Shown here: piece by piece, positions 36,135 through 45,936 of the stretch | Layout: each line of letters starts with the position of its first letter | Numbering within the stretch: position 1 is the first letter of the stretch | Source of the DNA: Escherichia phage LHE71 | Direction: 5' to 3' (one strand) | Sequence record: OP455115 | DNA length: 50,158 bases | Notes under the pieces: generated by a model | The model's input: the letters and a program-made list of their open reading frames with translations, nothing else | Told to the model about the DNA's origin: nothing | The model's database searches: none | Program-made: the position numbers and the translations under genes

Positions 36135-39008
36135 TTAACCTCCTGTTTTTTCCTGAATGTAATTATAAACCTCGCCGCCCTGCGAACAAGACTCACGAAT
36201 CATTTTTTTGAACATCATTTCTACACCCTGAGAAATTCCTCTCGGATCTGAACCATTGTCAACTTTAACCTCCATGCCCCTAACGTCAACGACCGTTCCA
36301 CCTGCTGATTGGTTTACTGCCTTCGGTGCTGATTTAGATGCGTTAAATCCAGAGGTTGCAACACTACCCGCAGCGGCAGCAAGCGATGTAACGGCGACAC
36401 CTGAAGATAAAGACCTAAAACCATAGGCGACAGGCGTAGGAGTTGCCTGTGATGCCGCAGAAGCACCAGACGAAGCTCCTCCAGCAAAACTCCATGTTTT
36501 ACCACCCATCATGCCCGAGATCGTATTGAAGATTACCATCTGAGCAATCATCTTTATAATCATGCCGATGATATTTTTAGCAAAGTCAGCAAAGTTTGCT
36601 TTCCCGGTAGTTAGGAATTGAACCATCATGTCAGTCATACCGTTTAGAGCACTTGACGCGATCTCGTTAACATTGCCGTACATATCCATTGCCGCATCAC
36701 CGTAATCAGCAAAAGCACTTTCAGCACCAGCTAACCAGTCAGCACGTTTGGCATCTTCCGCAGCGTAGTAATCATTTTGCGCCTTAATCATGTTCTGGAG
36801 TTTTTCGTCTCCTTCACCACCGCCAGCGTTGATATAATCAGTGGTTATTTTAGCCAGTTCCGCTTGTCGTTCCATTTCGCGAGTGCTAAGACCGCGTGAC
36901 GCGTTAAGCTGTTCTGTCGCCGCCGTCATCTCATTGACAAACTTCAGAGATTTATCGGTAAGAGCATTCAACTGTTGCTGCTTAACAATCTGATCGCCAA
37001 TCTCAGCCTTCTGTTTTGCAAGCTCTAAAACTTTCTCCTGGTTTGCAAGTAGTGCTTTTTCTTCCGTAGACAACTGACGCTTAGAACTGGCTTCACGAAG
37101 AACAGCAATCGTAGCCTCGGTAGTAAACAGTGCCTTTCTCTGTGCGGAAAGTTTTTGCCCGATCTCCTTGTGTTCCTGCAATACCTTAAGTTGAGCCTTG
37201 AGTGAGATTAACTCCTTGTCGAATTGCTCTGTCGGTGAGCGTACAATTTTCGACTGCTTATTTCGTTCTCGGTTTCGCTTATCGATCTCTTCTGCTTCTT
37301 TCCTTATTGCTTCCTTAGTTTCCTCGCTGTACTGCTTTTCAAGAGTGCGACGCTGCTTCATCGCTTCAACGTATCCCATCTCGCCTTTTTCTACGCGAGC
37401 GTTAATAGCATCAAGCTCGGATGCCAACTGGTCGTAGTTGTCGCGAGAACTTTTTACGATGTTCTCCTGCTCCTTCAGCACATCAGCACCAAAATCACTC
37501 ATGCCAGGCAGGGATTGCGTAGCCTTGATTGCAGAGGCGATAAAGTTTGAGATGTACTCATCACCTTTCGCAAGAATCATTTTTACCTGAATCACTGTAC
37601 CCTGTACCACATCAATAATCAGGTTAAGCGCCCCGAGAGTATGATCCCCTACCCATCCCCAAGCGTCAGAAGACCACTGCTTAATATCGTTCCACATTTT
37701 TTCAAGAGGTGTGGCATTGTCTGCGATCGACTTCATTCGCTTCTCCATAACTTCGGCGAATAATTTCGTTGCTTCAGACACTGCTTCCGTTTCACCCTTA
37801 GTACGGCTTAGCGTATCGACATATGTCAGTTGTCCTTTTTCTAAAAAGTTGTATTGCTCGTTAAGTTTAGCCAGACCCTTTACAGGATCGCTTGCGATTT
37901 TATCGAACTCAGCGATGATTTTACTTGCCGATTTTCCGGTTGCTGTCGACCACTCAGCGGTAGCTTTTGTGATGTTCTGAATCTGCTCTCGCGTATATTT
38001 CCCCGTACTGGCAAGTTCAGTAACAATCTCACGAATGCTTGAAATTGTTGAGTTGCTCGTCTGAGCTACCTTTTTAGCAACAGAATCAAGGTCTTCAGCC
38101 GTGACTCCTGCATAACCTCCAGTCTCAACAAGAGCCTTCTGCATATCAGTTATTGACTTGTAAGAGTCATAACCAGCTTTCGCCAGAAGACCTAACGAAC
38201 CAACAAGAACGCCAACCCCTGCCGTGACCGGATTAATATAGCTAAGCAGTACTTTAAACGTATTACCGACACCGCCGAACGAGTCCTTGATCTGACCACC
38301 TTGCTGGATGGCAACCAGCCATACAGGCATGCCGGAGGCGAGAGATGTTACGACGTCAGTAATCTGTGCCGGAAGCATTCTCATAGCCTGCTTATATTCC
38401 CCAGCGCTGATACCTGCCGCATTCATTGCTCGCCCCTGCTCTTTCAGTTTTGCGATTAGTGGCGCTGCTTCATTTGATAGTCCAAGCTGAGCCGCTTTCA
38501 GTTCCATTAACTCTGCGTGAGTTTTTCCAATAGCGTTAACCTGACTGTTCAGGGAATCCATGAACGCTTTGCTTTTCGCTGCCGCCTGCTCTTTTGCTTT
38601 CGCCTCCTGTAATGCTGCTTGGCCTTCTTCCGTAAGCATGGCACGGCTGCGAGCAAGTTTTGCGTTTTGCAGATCCAGCATTTCACCTAAACGGAAAAAC
38701 GTGTCATCTGGAACGACGCCTTGCTGCCAGAGTTTATCAAGCTGCTGGGAAGCAACTTTTAACCTCTCCATTTTTGCAACTGTAGGATCGATTGCCTTCT
38801 CTACAGCCTCGTACTCTTTTCGCTGGCGTTTAAGTTGTTCAGCGTGTTCTTTAGCCTTCTGTTTTGCAACCTCGGCCTCATTGATTAAAGACCCCATAGA
38901 GTCAGCGGCTTGGTCGTTAGCTTTTGAAAACTCTTTCAATGACTTGACGGCGCGCTGCACTGTCGACACATCAACGTCAAGCGATAGACCTGCTACCTTA
39001 TCAACCAT
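36135..39008 (-). CDS. Tail tape measure protein
   Basis: About 957 aa, helical and coiled-coil rich; start set at MVDKVAGL with SD AGGGGG. Confidence 0.85.
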   Translation of the reverse strand: MVDKVAGLSLDVDVSTVQRAVKSLKEFSKANDQAADSMGSLINEAEVAKQKAKEHAEQLKRQRKEYEAVEKAIDPTVAKMERLKVASQQLDKLWQQGVVPDDTFFRLGEMLDLQNAKLARSRAMLTEEGQAALQEAKAKEQAAAKSKAFMDSLNSQVNAIGKTHAELMELKAAQLGLSNEAAPLIAKLKEQGRAMNAAGISAGEYKQAMRMLPAQITDVVTSLASGMPVWLVAIQQGGQIKDSFGGVGNTFKVLLSYINPVTAGVGVLVGSLGLLAKAGYDSYKSITDMQKALVETGGYAGVTAEDLDSVAKKVAQTSNSTISSIREIVTELASTGKYTREQIQNITKATAEWSTATGKSASKIIAEFDKIASDPVKGLAKLNEQYNFLEKGQLTYVDTLSRTKGETEAVSEATKLFAEVMEKRMKSIADNATPLEKMWNDIKQWSSDAWGWVGDHTLGALNLIIDVVQGTVIQVKMILAKGDEYISNFIASAIKATQSLPGMSDFGADVLKEQENIVKSSRDNYDQLASELDAINARVEKGEMGYVEAMKQRRTLEKQYSEETKEAIRKEAEEIDKRNRERNKQSKIVRSPTEQFDKELISLKAQLKVLQEHKEIGQKLSAQRKALFTTEATIAVLREASSKRQLSTEEKALLANQEKVLELAKQKAEIGDQIVKQQQLNALTDKSLKFVNEMTAATEQLNASRGLSTREMERQAELAKITTDYINAGGGEGDEKLQNMIKAQNDYYAAEDAKRADWLAGAESAFADYGDAAMDMYGNVNEIASSALNGMTDMMVQFLTTGKANFADFAKNIIGMIIKMIAQMVIFNTISGMMGGKTWSFAGGASSGASAASQATPTPVAYGFRSLSSGVAVTSLAAAAGSVATSGFNASKSAPKAVNQSAGGTVVDVRGMEVKVDNGSDPRGISQGVEMMFKKMIRESCSQGGEVYNYIQEKTGG

Positions 39009-39024
39009 ATAACCCCCTATATAC

Positions 39025-39045
39025 AAAAAAACCGCCAAACGGCGG
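39025..39045 (-). terminator. Intra-operon terminator/attenuator hairpin
   Basis: Stem CCGCC/GGCGG with 7-T run on the minus strand immediately upstream of the tape measure SD. Confidence 0.45.
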
Positions 39046-39046
39046 C

Positions 39047-39681
39047 TTAGTTATTCTGCTTAGCAATCATTTCAAGCGCTTTAGCTTCCATGATCCTAAC
39101 GTCCTGCAATGCCAGTTCTTCATCTTCTATTTTATAGATTTTAAACAACATAGGCAAAACATTATAATCAAGACCGTAAGCGCCAGCGCCTGAACTTCTC
39201 CACTGAGTGAGCATTGATGTAAAAACATTCCAAGCCTTCACCATTTCAGCGTCGCCAATTATCGTTTCCGGTTCCTCGTCTTCATAGTCAGAAAGACTTA
39301 AACCAACCGATCGCAATTGTTCCTCTGTTGGCGGCTTCTGATATAACAGATAGACCGCCCTTTTTAGTTTTTTGCGCGGTGTCCTGCGAGAGCCTTGATG
39401 TAAGTCGCTGTCAGGTTGTACGCTGCTGAAGGATAATACTGAACCAGTTTTCGCGCATTTTCTTCGTTAAATTCTTCTTCTAGGTTCCACCCTGAAGCGA
39501 TCTTGGTAATGAACTCGCTGTCGTTCATTTCTCCCTGGTTAGCATACATATCCTGAACTTCTTTACTGGAAAGGTGGCGTACAGTGAAAATGATCGTTGC
39601 ATCTTCACCGTTAGGCATGGTGAAGGTAACTGGAAGTTTGAAGTCTGGAAGTTGACCAAGAACGAAATTAAATTTAGCCAT
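39047..39681 (-). CDS. Tail assembly chaperone GT-like fusion made by programmed -1 frameshift
   Basis: Slippery heptamer A AAA AAC at the last codons of the 39364..39681 ORF; -1 frame continues into the 39047..39316 ORF. Confidence 0.5.
39364..39681 (-). CDS. Tail assembly chaperone G-like
   Basis: 105 aa between major tail and tape measure genes; ends at the slippery site. Confidence 0.6.
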   Translation of the reverse strand: MAKFNFVLGQLPDFKLPVTFTMPNGEDATIIFTVRHLSSKEVQDMYANQGEMNDSEFITKIASGWNLEEEFNEENARKLVQYYPSAAYNLTATYIKALAGHRAKN

Positions 39682-39703
39682 GATATTTCTCCTGATTGGT
39701 TAA

Positions 39704-39718
39704 TGGCACTTTTTGTTA
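39704..39718. promoter_or_regulatory. Palindromic motif instance upstream of the chaperone gene
   Basis: TGGCACTTTTTGTTA about 20 nt upstream of the SD. Confidence 0.4.
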
Positions 39719-39754
39719 AAAGATAATAGTGCAAAGTTGATACGATGATTTTAC

Positions 39755-39783
39755 AGAAATGAAGAAGGGGGCGCAAGCCCCCC
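39755..39783 (-). terminator. Candidate terminator/attenuator after major tail gene
   Basis: GC stem GGGGG/CCCCC followed by a T-rich tract on the minus strand. Confidence 0.4.
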
Positions 39784-39795
39784 TGTGGATATGAT

Positions 39796-40464
39796 TTAGG
39801 CACCAGGTGATGCCAGAGAGGATGAGATGAAAGTGAAATCACCCTTCAGGGATACGGCGAGTTGTACCGTTTCCATTTCGTTTACTTGCGTAGATGGAAT
39901 GTCGTTAAAAGACAAGATACCAGCCCACATGCGCATCTCGTTCGCTTTTGGAACATACATCCGAACCGCAGTTACCTGACCAGAAGAATCCAGCTTACGC
40001 AGAATAGGATAGATAGGGTTATCAAATTCGTGCGCAAAGGTGTACGTTAGCGAGATCGCAGATTTAAACGTCGGGATCTGCTGCTCTTTATCGTCGGACA
40101 AACACTGATAAGTGTAATACTGCTGCTCTCCACCGTCCTGACCAATCTCCTGCACGCAAGGGATCTCAGTCCAGCCAGTAACTTTTGCAAAGCTCATTGT
40201 ACCGCCAGCCGGGAAAACAAGAGTATCAGTAGTGTCAATTCCAGCAAGAGTAATACTTGTTTCCCGAGCGTCAGTAACAATTAGTACTCGACTAACCATC
40301 TTATTCCAAGTTGACTGAGTTACAATAACGTAATCACCTTTTGCTAAGTCGCCCTTAGATGCAACTGTAGCAACAGGATTTTTTGCGTTAGTGACAGCGG
40401 TTGCCTCGATCTCTACTCCTCGAGAGGTTTCCACGAAAATTTGCGCGCCATTTGGTAAGTGCAT
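39796..40464 (-). CDS. Major tail protein
   Basis: Start at MHLPNGAQIF with SD AAGGAG; position just upstream of the chaperone pair. Confidence 0.6.
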   Translation of the reverse strand: MHLPNGAQIFVETSRGVEIEATAVTNAKNPVATVASKGDLAKGDYVIVTQSTWNKMVSRVLIVTDARETSITLAGIDTTDTLVFPAGGTMSFAKVTGWTEIPCVQEIGQDGGEQQYYTYQCLSDDKEQQIPTFKSAISLTYTFAHEFDNPIYPILRKLDSSGQVTAVRMYVPKANEMRMWAGILSFNDIPSTQVNEMETVQLAVSLKGDFTFISSSLASPGA

Positions 40465-40466
40465 AA

Positions 40467-40865
40467 TTAAGTCTCCTTTGTGTCTACTCGTACCGTAAAG
40501 CGAACTGGAATCATCCATCCGCTTTCGTGTTTAACAATTTGATGCACGATTGCACCTTCGAAAATATAACCAACGTTAAGCATTTTACCATCTTTGAAAA
40601 AATCGGCAATCTCTTTTGCTTTCAATCTTGCCTCATCAACGCCGGAGCCTGGAGGGAACACTACGCCGATCTGAACGATTGCGATGTAAGATTTACACTT
40701 TCGGTCAATTGATAGATAAAGCGTATCCCCTTCAATGTAGTTGAACCTTAGCCACATGCCGCCATCTCTCGGCGGTGTAAAGTTCCTGTTTTCCATGTAG
40801 TGAGGAAAGTCTCTATACTTCGACAGAAAGGCGGCGCGCGCCGCCGCTGATAACTCATAGTGCAT
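40467..40865 (-). CDS. Tail terminator/completion protein candidate
   Basis: 132 aa, position before major tail gene. Confidence 0.45.
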   Translation of the reverse strand: MHYELSAAARAAFLSKYRDFPHYMENRNFTPPRDGGMWLRFNYIEGDTLYLSIDRKCKSYIAIVQIGVVFPPGSGVDEARLKAKEIADFFKDGKMLNVGYIFEGAIVHQIVKHESGWMIPVRFTVRVDTKET

Positions 40866-41298
40866 TTTGTTGTCTCCTTGCTTGCTTTATTGCATCAGCC
40901 ATATACGATCGCAGCCTCAACGCCACCAAACCTACTACTCCGCTTGGAGCTTGCTGTGAGTGACCGTATTCAAGGGCGTTTGCATAAATCAACATGTTTG
41001 AAAAGTGAACTGAGGTTATCGCGCCTCCACGGCTGAACATGCCATAAGTTTTTGCTTGCTCTTCGCTACGGACGACGCCGCCAGTTTTATCATATCGATT
41101 TAATGCGTGGTTAGGGATTTCGTTAAAAGTTATCTGCCAGTTACCCTTAAAGCGTCCTGTATCTACCGGAGAGCGGCTAACGAGGGCGCTATGTACATCT
41201 CTGACGAATATCTCTATAGCGTGCTCCAGCGTGCTCTCAGCTGCCTTAATCCACGCATCAATCTCACCTTGAAATCTACGAATCTGATAGTTAGCCAC
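40855..41298 (-). CDS. Head-tail joining protein (HK97 gp10-like)
   Basis: 147 aa; GRFKGNWQ motif. Confidence 0.5.
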   Translation of the reverse strand: MANYQIRRFQGEIDAWIKAAESTLEHAIEIFVRDVHSALVSRSPVDTGRFKGNWQITFNEIPNHALNRYDKTGGVVRSEEQAKTYGMFSRGGAITSVHFSNMLIYANALEYGHSQQAPSGVVGLVALRLRSYMADAIKQARRQQNAL

Positions 41299-41671
41299 AG
41301 ACTGATACCCTCCGCAATACTGGACGATAGGCGACTGGTTTCAGTGACGCCTGAACCGGGCGAGCATCAACGACAACATGACGAATGCCATCAATCTCTA
41401 TATAGTCACCCTCGTTTATTTCATGATCATTATTGAAGATCCCCAAAATATCTGAGGCACGGATAGTTTCCCCGTCAATCTCACGAGCGTTCGGTCTTCG
41501 CGTCGCGCCGGATATTGGAATAACCTGTTCCATCGGTGGGATCTCGAATCCGTTTTCATCATATCCGTATTCACCTTGCTTTATCAGGTTCATAGGTCTT
41601 GAAGGATCGGTGAAGAAAGCCACGCCTTTACGAGCCATCCTTTCAATCTGTGAGTAGTTCATTAGTGGCAT
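41291..41671 (-). CDS. Head-tail adaptor/head closure protein candidate
   Basis: 126-aa ORF by position in the neck module. Confidence 0.4.
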   Translation of the reverse strand: MPLMNYSQIERMARKGVAFFTDPSRPMNLIKQGEYGYDENGFEIPPMEQVIPISGATRRPNAREIDGETIRASDILGIFNNDHEINEGDYIEIDGIRHVVVDARPVQASLKPVAYRPVLRRVSVCG

Positions 41672-42072
41672 CCTCCACGGAGTCCTGTCATTAATGCGAA
41701 TCGACCACGGCGTCGTGCTTTAAGCTGTTCGAACATCTTACCCCACGGCGTCGAAAGCATTGTGTTATCTGACTGGTTCTTAGTCACCTCTCCAAAAGTC
41801 TGGCTAAATTCACCGCTCAGGGAGAAAGACGTAACGCGTCGTGAGTATGATTCAAGATCCTCATCTTCACCTTTTAGCGCCCCATCAAGGAAAGCAAGGT
41901 GCAATGCATAAAGAGCAAGCGCCTTGACGTATGCATCTTTAAAGGTCTTCTTGCAGACGAATAGATCAGCCATTTCTACCCATGCATAAAGTGTTTCATC
42001 TGGAACTTTTCGAAGTGCCGGAACCAGCTTTCGCATTTGCTCAACAACTGCAATTAAAGTTTCTTGATTCAT
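41662..42072 (-). CDS. Head-tail connector protein candidate
   Basis: 136 aa; SD GGAGGTAAATT; by position. Confidence 0.45.
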   Translation of the reverse strand: MNQETLIAVVEQMRKLVPALRKVPDETLYAWVEMADLFVCKKTFKDAYVKALALYALHLAFLDGALKGEDEDLESYSRRVTSFSLSGEFSQTFGEVTKNQSDNTMLSTPWGKMFEQLKARRRGRFALMTGLRGGCH

Positions 42073-42085
42073 AATTTACCTCCAT

Positions 42086-42112
42086 AAAAAAAAGGCGCTA
42101 CATGAGCGCCTT
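42086..42112 (-). terminator. Intra-operon terminator/attenuator hairpin
   Basis: Stem AAGGCGCT/AGCGCCTT followed by 8-T run on the minus strand, just upstream of the next SD. Confidence 0.45.
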
Positions 42113-42117
42113 GATGA

Positions 42118-42405
42118 TTAATATTCGCCGCCGTCTTCAAGCTCTTTAACGCTTTTGCTATCCCACGGATCGGGCTTCGTGATTTTTGCCATTTCAGCGC
42201 GGATTTTTCGGTTGGTGGCACTGTCGTCTTTTACTTCGATTTCTTCGCGAGCAATCAAGCAACGCAGCCCAGGCAATTCAAGTACGGATGCCGGGAGTGT
42301 CACCTCTTCATCTGGAAGAACCTTTGCGAATGAGCCATCTTCAAGACGGAACATCTGAAGAGCTACACCAACGTTTACGATAACAACAGTTTTCTCTTTA
42401 GCCAT
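42118..42405 (-). CDS. Hypothetical structural protein
   Basis: 95-aa ORF downstream of the capsid gene. Confidence 0.45.
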   Translation of the reverse strand: MAKEKTVVIVNVGVALQMFRLEDGSFAKVLPDEEVTLPASVLELPGLRCLIAREEIEVKDDSATNRKIRAEMAKITKPDPWDSKSVKELEDGGEY

Positions 42406-42420
42406 TTTGATTTCTCCAAT

Positions 42421-42447
42421 AAAAAAGGGACTAACTAAGTTAGCCCC
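42421..42447 (-). terminator. Terminator/attenuator after major capsid gene
   Basis: Imperfect stem GGGACTAAC/GTTAGCCC followed by 6-T run on the minus strand. Confidence 0.45.
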
Positions 42448-42454
42448 TATAATA

Positions 42455-43414
42455 TTACACGCCAGTGATTAAGACAATAGTCATCGGGCGATAAATTGTA
42501 AGACCAGTACACTTAGAGGTGCAAGGCACTTTAAAGTGAAGGTCTTTCGGCTGCGCTGGCAGCATGTTAAACGCTTCCGGGATCTCGATGGACATATTCA
42601 TCGGATTCTTTTCGTACACCAGCACGCCTTTAGTTCCAGCGCCGTCGATATCTTCAAGCTCTGCGATAGAGTCGATTTCGATACCCGCGTTCTGAGACTT
42701 AAAATAGTCCAGATAAGACATGGTAGTTTCAGGCATACGGATCGCAAGAACCTTACGCATGGACGGCGGAATCAGGATGTTGGTTGCACGATGCTGACCG
42801 CGCGTAATCGTCTCGATGGTTTCGATCGCCTGAGTCAGTTCAGCCTCTGCCGTTTCCGGTTTCTGAGTTGCGCCATCCATCCACTTACCGGAGGTAATTT
42901 TGGTGATGTTCGGATGGTTGAACACGGACACGATCTTGTGCGGCGCAGAACCTTTAAACACCAGGCGGTTAACCAGTTGATCATGAGCTAACTGACACGC
43001 GCTCGCCTTGCGAGTTGACAGCGGACGACCAGTTGCCTGACCTGCTTTGATTTCGTCGATTGAGATCAGAAACGCATTACCCAAACGGAACACTTTGCCG
43101 AACTCAGAAGTACCCAGGGCATCAACAAGCGGCAGGTCGTCGGTGTAGTCAGCGATAATCTGCGCAGTGCCAACCTTATCAAAGGTCATGTATTCGAACG
43201 TCTTGTCAGTAGGAGAAAGATCGGTAGTAACCGGGAATACGCGTAGAGCGGAGCCTACCGGGTAGTCTTCTTCATAGGACTGGCTTTTGATGCGGTGTAG
43301 TTCCTGAGCGGTCCAGATACCCATCGTTGCGGCTGCATCCTGTTTTACGCCAGCCTGGATCAGATACATTTCAACATTGCTTTTATCTGCTTCATCAAAT
43401 TTTTTAGTGGTCAT
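42455..43414 (-). CDS. Major capsid protein
   Basis: 319 aa; SD AAGGAGAAG; position between decoration-like genes and neck genes. Confidence 0.7.
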   Translation of the reverse strand: MTTKKFDEADKSNVEMYLIQAGVKQDAAATMGIWTAQELHRIKSQSYEEDYPVGSALRVFPVTTDLSPTDKTFEYMTFDKVGTAQIIADYTDDLPLVDALGTSEFGKVFRLGNAFLISIDEIKAGQATGRPLSTRKASACQLAHDQLVNRLVFKGSAPHKIVSVFNHPNITKITSGKWMDGATQKPETAEAELTQAIETIETITRGQHRATNILIPPSMRKVLAIRMPETTMSYLDYFKSQNAGIEIDSIAELEDIDGAGTKGVLVYEKNPMNMSIEIPEAFNMLPAQPKDLHFKVPCTSKCTGLTIYRPMTIVLITGV

Positions 43415-43434
43415 GATTACTTCTCCTTAGTTAA

Positions 43435-43462
43435 TAAAAAAGCCGTGATTATGTTCACGGCT
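43435..43462 (-). terminator. Hairpin plus T-run upstream of the capsid gene
   Basis: Stem AGCCGTGA/TCACGGCT, with CATAAT in the loop, followed by TTTTTT on the minus strand. Confidence 0.4.
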
Positions 43463-43469
43463 TCAATAA

Positions 43470-43484
43470 TAGCACTTTTTGTTA
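43470..43484. promoter_or_regulatory. Palindromic motif instance upstream of the capsid gene
   Basis: TAGCACTTTTTGTTA adjacent to the hairpin containing CATAAT. Confidence 0.45.
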
Positions 43485-43505
43485 AAGCGTCAAAGTGTTT
43501 TTATG

Positions 43506-44273
43506 TTATGCATCAACCTCTGGCGTTGGCACCGCTTCCACGCGATAAGCAATTGTTGCCGTCGTCTTACTAGCATCATTAGCCGTCCAGGTGATATTGA
43601 AATCACCGACTGCCTCTTCACCAACAGGGGTTACAAGACCCGAGTCCGGATCGACGGTGGCGATATTGGTAGCGTCGATTGACCACTTGCCAGTCTTATC
43701 AGTTGCATTGGCTGGAAGAACATTAGCCACACACTGGATCGTAACATTGTTTGGCTGAGGACTTTTCTTGTCAGTGGTGATTGTAGCGGATTCAACAAGA
43801 ACGACAGGGGGCGGCGGCGGTGGAACGATGAAAGCATTTTGTTTCACCTGAACCTCAATAAAGTTCCCGTCTTCGTGCTTAACAAAGCCACCCGCAAAGG
43901 TCCAACCAACATAATCATCAACTCCAGTTACTGAGCCTCCAGCGCCAAATTTAAGTTTTGAGAATAGTTCTGGAGCGTCACCAATAGAAGTAAGCGCCCA
44001 CACGCGACCGTGAGAAACGACGTTGCACACTTCACCGTCTAGGATTTTACCGCTCAGGTGTTCATATTGGGAACGGAAAGCGATTCCGTAAGGTGTTGCA
44101 CCATCAGTAAGCGTGGAAACAACCTTAACGCCGTCAACAATACCGACAACTTTAACAGCAGCGCCGAACTCAATATCACCCTGAGCAACACAAGATCCAT
44201 CAATATTGTAGGTTGAAGTATCGGAAATACTGCCAGGACACGCAGGGCGTAACATTAAATTTTCATAAGCCAT
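43506..44273 (-). CDS. Capsid-associated protein with polyproline linker and C-terminal Ig-like (Big_2-like) domain
   Basis: N-terminal 150 aa paralogous to 44334..44810; PPPPPP linker; C-terminal segment matches bacterial Ig-like pattern. Confidence 0.6.
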   Translation of the reverse strand: MAYENLMLRPACPGSISDTSTYNIDGSCVAQGDIEFGAAVKVVGIVDGVKVVSTLTDGATPYGIAFRSQYEHLSGKILDGEVCNVVSHGRVWALTSIGDAPELFSKLKFGAGGSVTGVDDYVGWTFAGGFVKHEDGNFIEVQVKQNAFIVPPPPPPVVLVESATITTDKKSPQPNNVTIQCVANVLPANATDKTGKWSIDATNIATVDPDSGLVTPVGEEAVGDFNITWTANDASKTTATIAYRVEAVPTPEVDA

Positions 44274-44287
44274 AATAATTTCTCCAT

Positions 44288-44317
44288 AAAAAAAGGACCA
44301 TCCAAAAAGGATAGTCC
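44288..44317 (-). terminator. Candidate hairpin plus T-run
   Basis: Imperfect stem GGACCATCC/GGATAGTCC followed by 7-T run on the minus strand. Confidence 0.35.
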
Positions 44318-44333
44318 CAATATTAAACGCTAA

Positions 44334-44810
44334 TTACAGTTGATGCAACTGAACCTCAACAAGCCGAACATCTTTGTATTTAGTCCAACCGCCAGCGTAG
44401 GTCCAGGTTGTTTCGATCGTGCCATCAGATTTCTCTTGACCATCAACATCAAGTTTAACGGCAGAGCCGAAAGTTGGTGCTTCGGTGGATTTGGAAAGCA
44501 TCCATACTCGGCCTGAAGTCATCACGTTAATTGCGCCACCTTCTTCATAAACCATCTGGTTTTGAGCATTAACAGTCTGCCAGTGAGATCGGATTGCCAC
44601 GCCGTAAGGAGTGGTTCCGGTAGAAAGAGCCTTAACCAACTTATGACCATCAACCGCCTGAGCTTGAACAATCTGTACGGCAGCGCCAACAAAAACATCA
44701 CCTTCATTAACGACGCAAGCGCCGTCAATATTGTACTTTGAAGTATCCGCAACCATACCCGGGAGCGCAATCGCCATATCTCGCTGATAAGATGCATTAA
44801 TTTGTGCCAT
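44334..44810 (-). CDS. Capsid-associated protein, paralog of 43506..44273 N-domain
   Basis: Shared motifs DTSKYNIDGACV, TPYGVAIRS, SGRVWML, TWTYAGGW. Confidence 0.55.
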   Translation of the reverse strand: MAQINASYQRDMAIALPGMVADTSKYNIDGACVVNEGDVFVGAAVQIVQAQAVDGHKLVKALSTGTTPYGVAIRSHWQTVNAQNQMVYEEGGAINVMTSGRVWMLSKSTEAPTFGSAVKLDVDGQEKSDGTIETTWTYAGGWTKYKDVRLVEVQLHQL

Positions 44811-44821
44811 GATATTTCCCC

Positions 44822-45934
44822 TTACATTACTTTGCTTAAACGTGAATTTGGCGTAACAGGCGCGGCGTCGTTTTTCTCTTCCGGCTTACCGCCTTCGATA
44901 GAGTCGCCTTTTACTGCTTTACGCTGAATAGCCATGATATCAGAATCTTTAGCAACATCAAACATAGCGTCGATATATGCGTCTGATTTTTTACTAACAT
45001 CTTTATCAAGCATGGCTTTAACTACGGCAATCTTGACGTCTTTGATATCAAGACCATCATGTTTGACGCCTGCTGTTTCTGCTACTGCGGTAACTTCTGC
45101 GCGTGCGGCGGCATCGGCTTTTTGCTTCTCTACCTCGGCCTTAACCAGTTCCGGCAGGGAGTCAACCTTAACCTTCAGCGCATCGCGCTCAGCTTCGAAG
45201 CCATCAGCTTTACCCTGAATGGTGGCAATCTGCGCGGTTAATTTTTCGATATGGTTTGCAACTTCTTCGGTTACTTCCACATCAACTGAGTCGATCTTAA
45301 TTTTTTTCATTTGCTTGTCCTCGTTAGTTAATTGAACGTTATTATCATACGGGAACTCCTGCTCGGCATCAAGATTTAATTTAGCGATTCCCGCACGACC
45401 TTTGAAAACAAGTGCAATATGGTTGACCTTGATATTAGTCTGTACCGCGTCAAATTTCACCCAGCCTTCAGGCGGCGCTTCGTCCTGTTTCATATCCTCT
45501 TCGAAGATATATTCTCCAGTCTCATTTGAACCCCAACCAGGCTTATCAATATCAACCGAAGTATAACCAACAGATAATTCACCTGCTTCTTTTGCTTTAG
45601 CCTTGCTGATCGCGTAGTCGCTGTAAATACTCAAAGGAACTTCAACGCCAACCCCTGAAGCAATACCAGCTCCAGCACACGATCCGACAACAACGTCCTT
45701 AGCATTTTGGGGAGTCACCGTTACGTGACCGACTGTGATCGGCTTTCCTGCAAAACTTTGCAAGGAATCTTGCTTGAAAACTTCGGACGCCGGACGGAAC
45801 TCAACCCGATCGCCGTGAGGAGTTTTGTAAACCTGAGCGCCGATTCGCGCCACGATTGGGCGGTCAACTAAAAAACCGTTATCATCAAAGTGCGCCTTGA
45901 TTTTTACTGAATCGAATCTTTGCTTTGCCTTCAT
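44822..45934 (-). CDS. Prohead protease/scaffolding protein candidate
   Basis: Start at MKAKQRF with SD AGGAGA; globular N-terminal domain and coiled-coil C-terminal half. Confidence 0.5.
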   Translation of the reverse strand: MKAKQRFDSVKIKAHFDDNGFLVDRPIVARIGAQVYKTPHGDRVEFRPASEVFKQDSLQSFAGKPITVGHVTVTPQNAKDVVVGSCAGAGIASGVGVEVPLSIYSDYAISKAKAKEAGELSVGYTSVDIDKPGWGSNETGEYIFEEDMKQDEAPPEGWVKFDAVQTNIKVNHIALVFKGRAGIAKLNLDAEQEFPYDNNVQLTNEDKQMKKIKIDSVDVEVTEEVANHIEKLTAQIATIQGKADGFEAERDALKVKVDSLPELVKAEVEKQKADAAARAEVTAVAETAGVKHDGLDIKDVKIAVVKAMLDKDVSKKSDAYIDAMFDVAKDSDIMAIQRKAVKGDSIEGGKPEEKNDAAPVTPNSRLSKVM

Positions 45935-45936
45935 TT

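Noticed and set aside
19-43484. The repeated motif resembles a sigma54 promoter (TGGCAC-N5-TTGC), especially the copy TGGCACTTTTTGTTA at 39704
   Set aside because: Only 3 nt separate the TAGCAC/TGGCAC and TTGC elements instead of the strictly required 5, most copies have TAGCAC rather than TGGCAC, and a sigma70-type -10 follows at fixed distance; a dimeric protein-binding palindrome fits better
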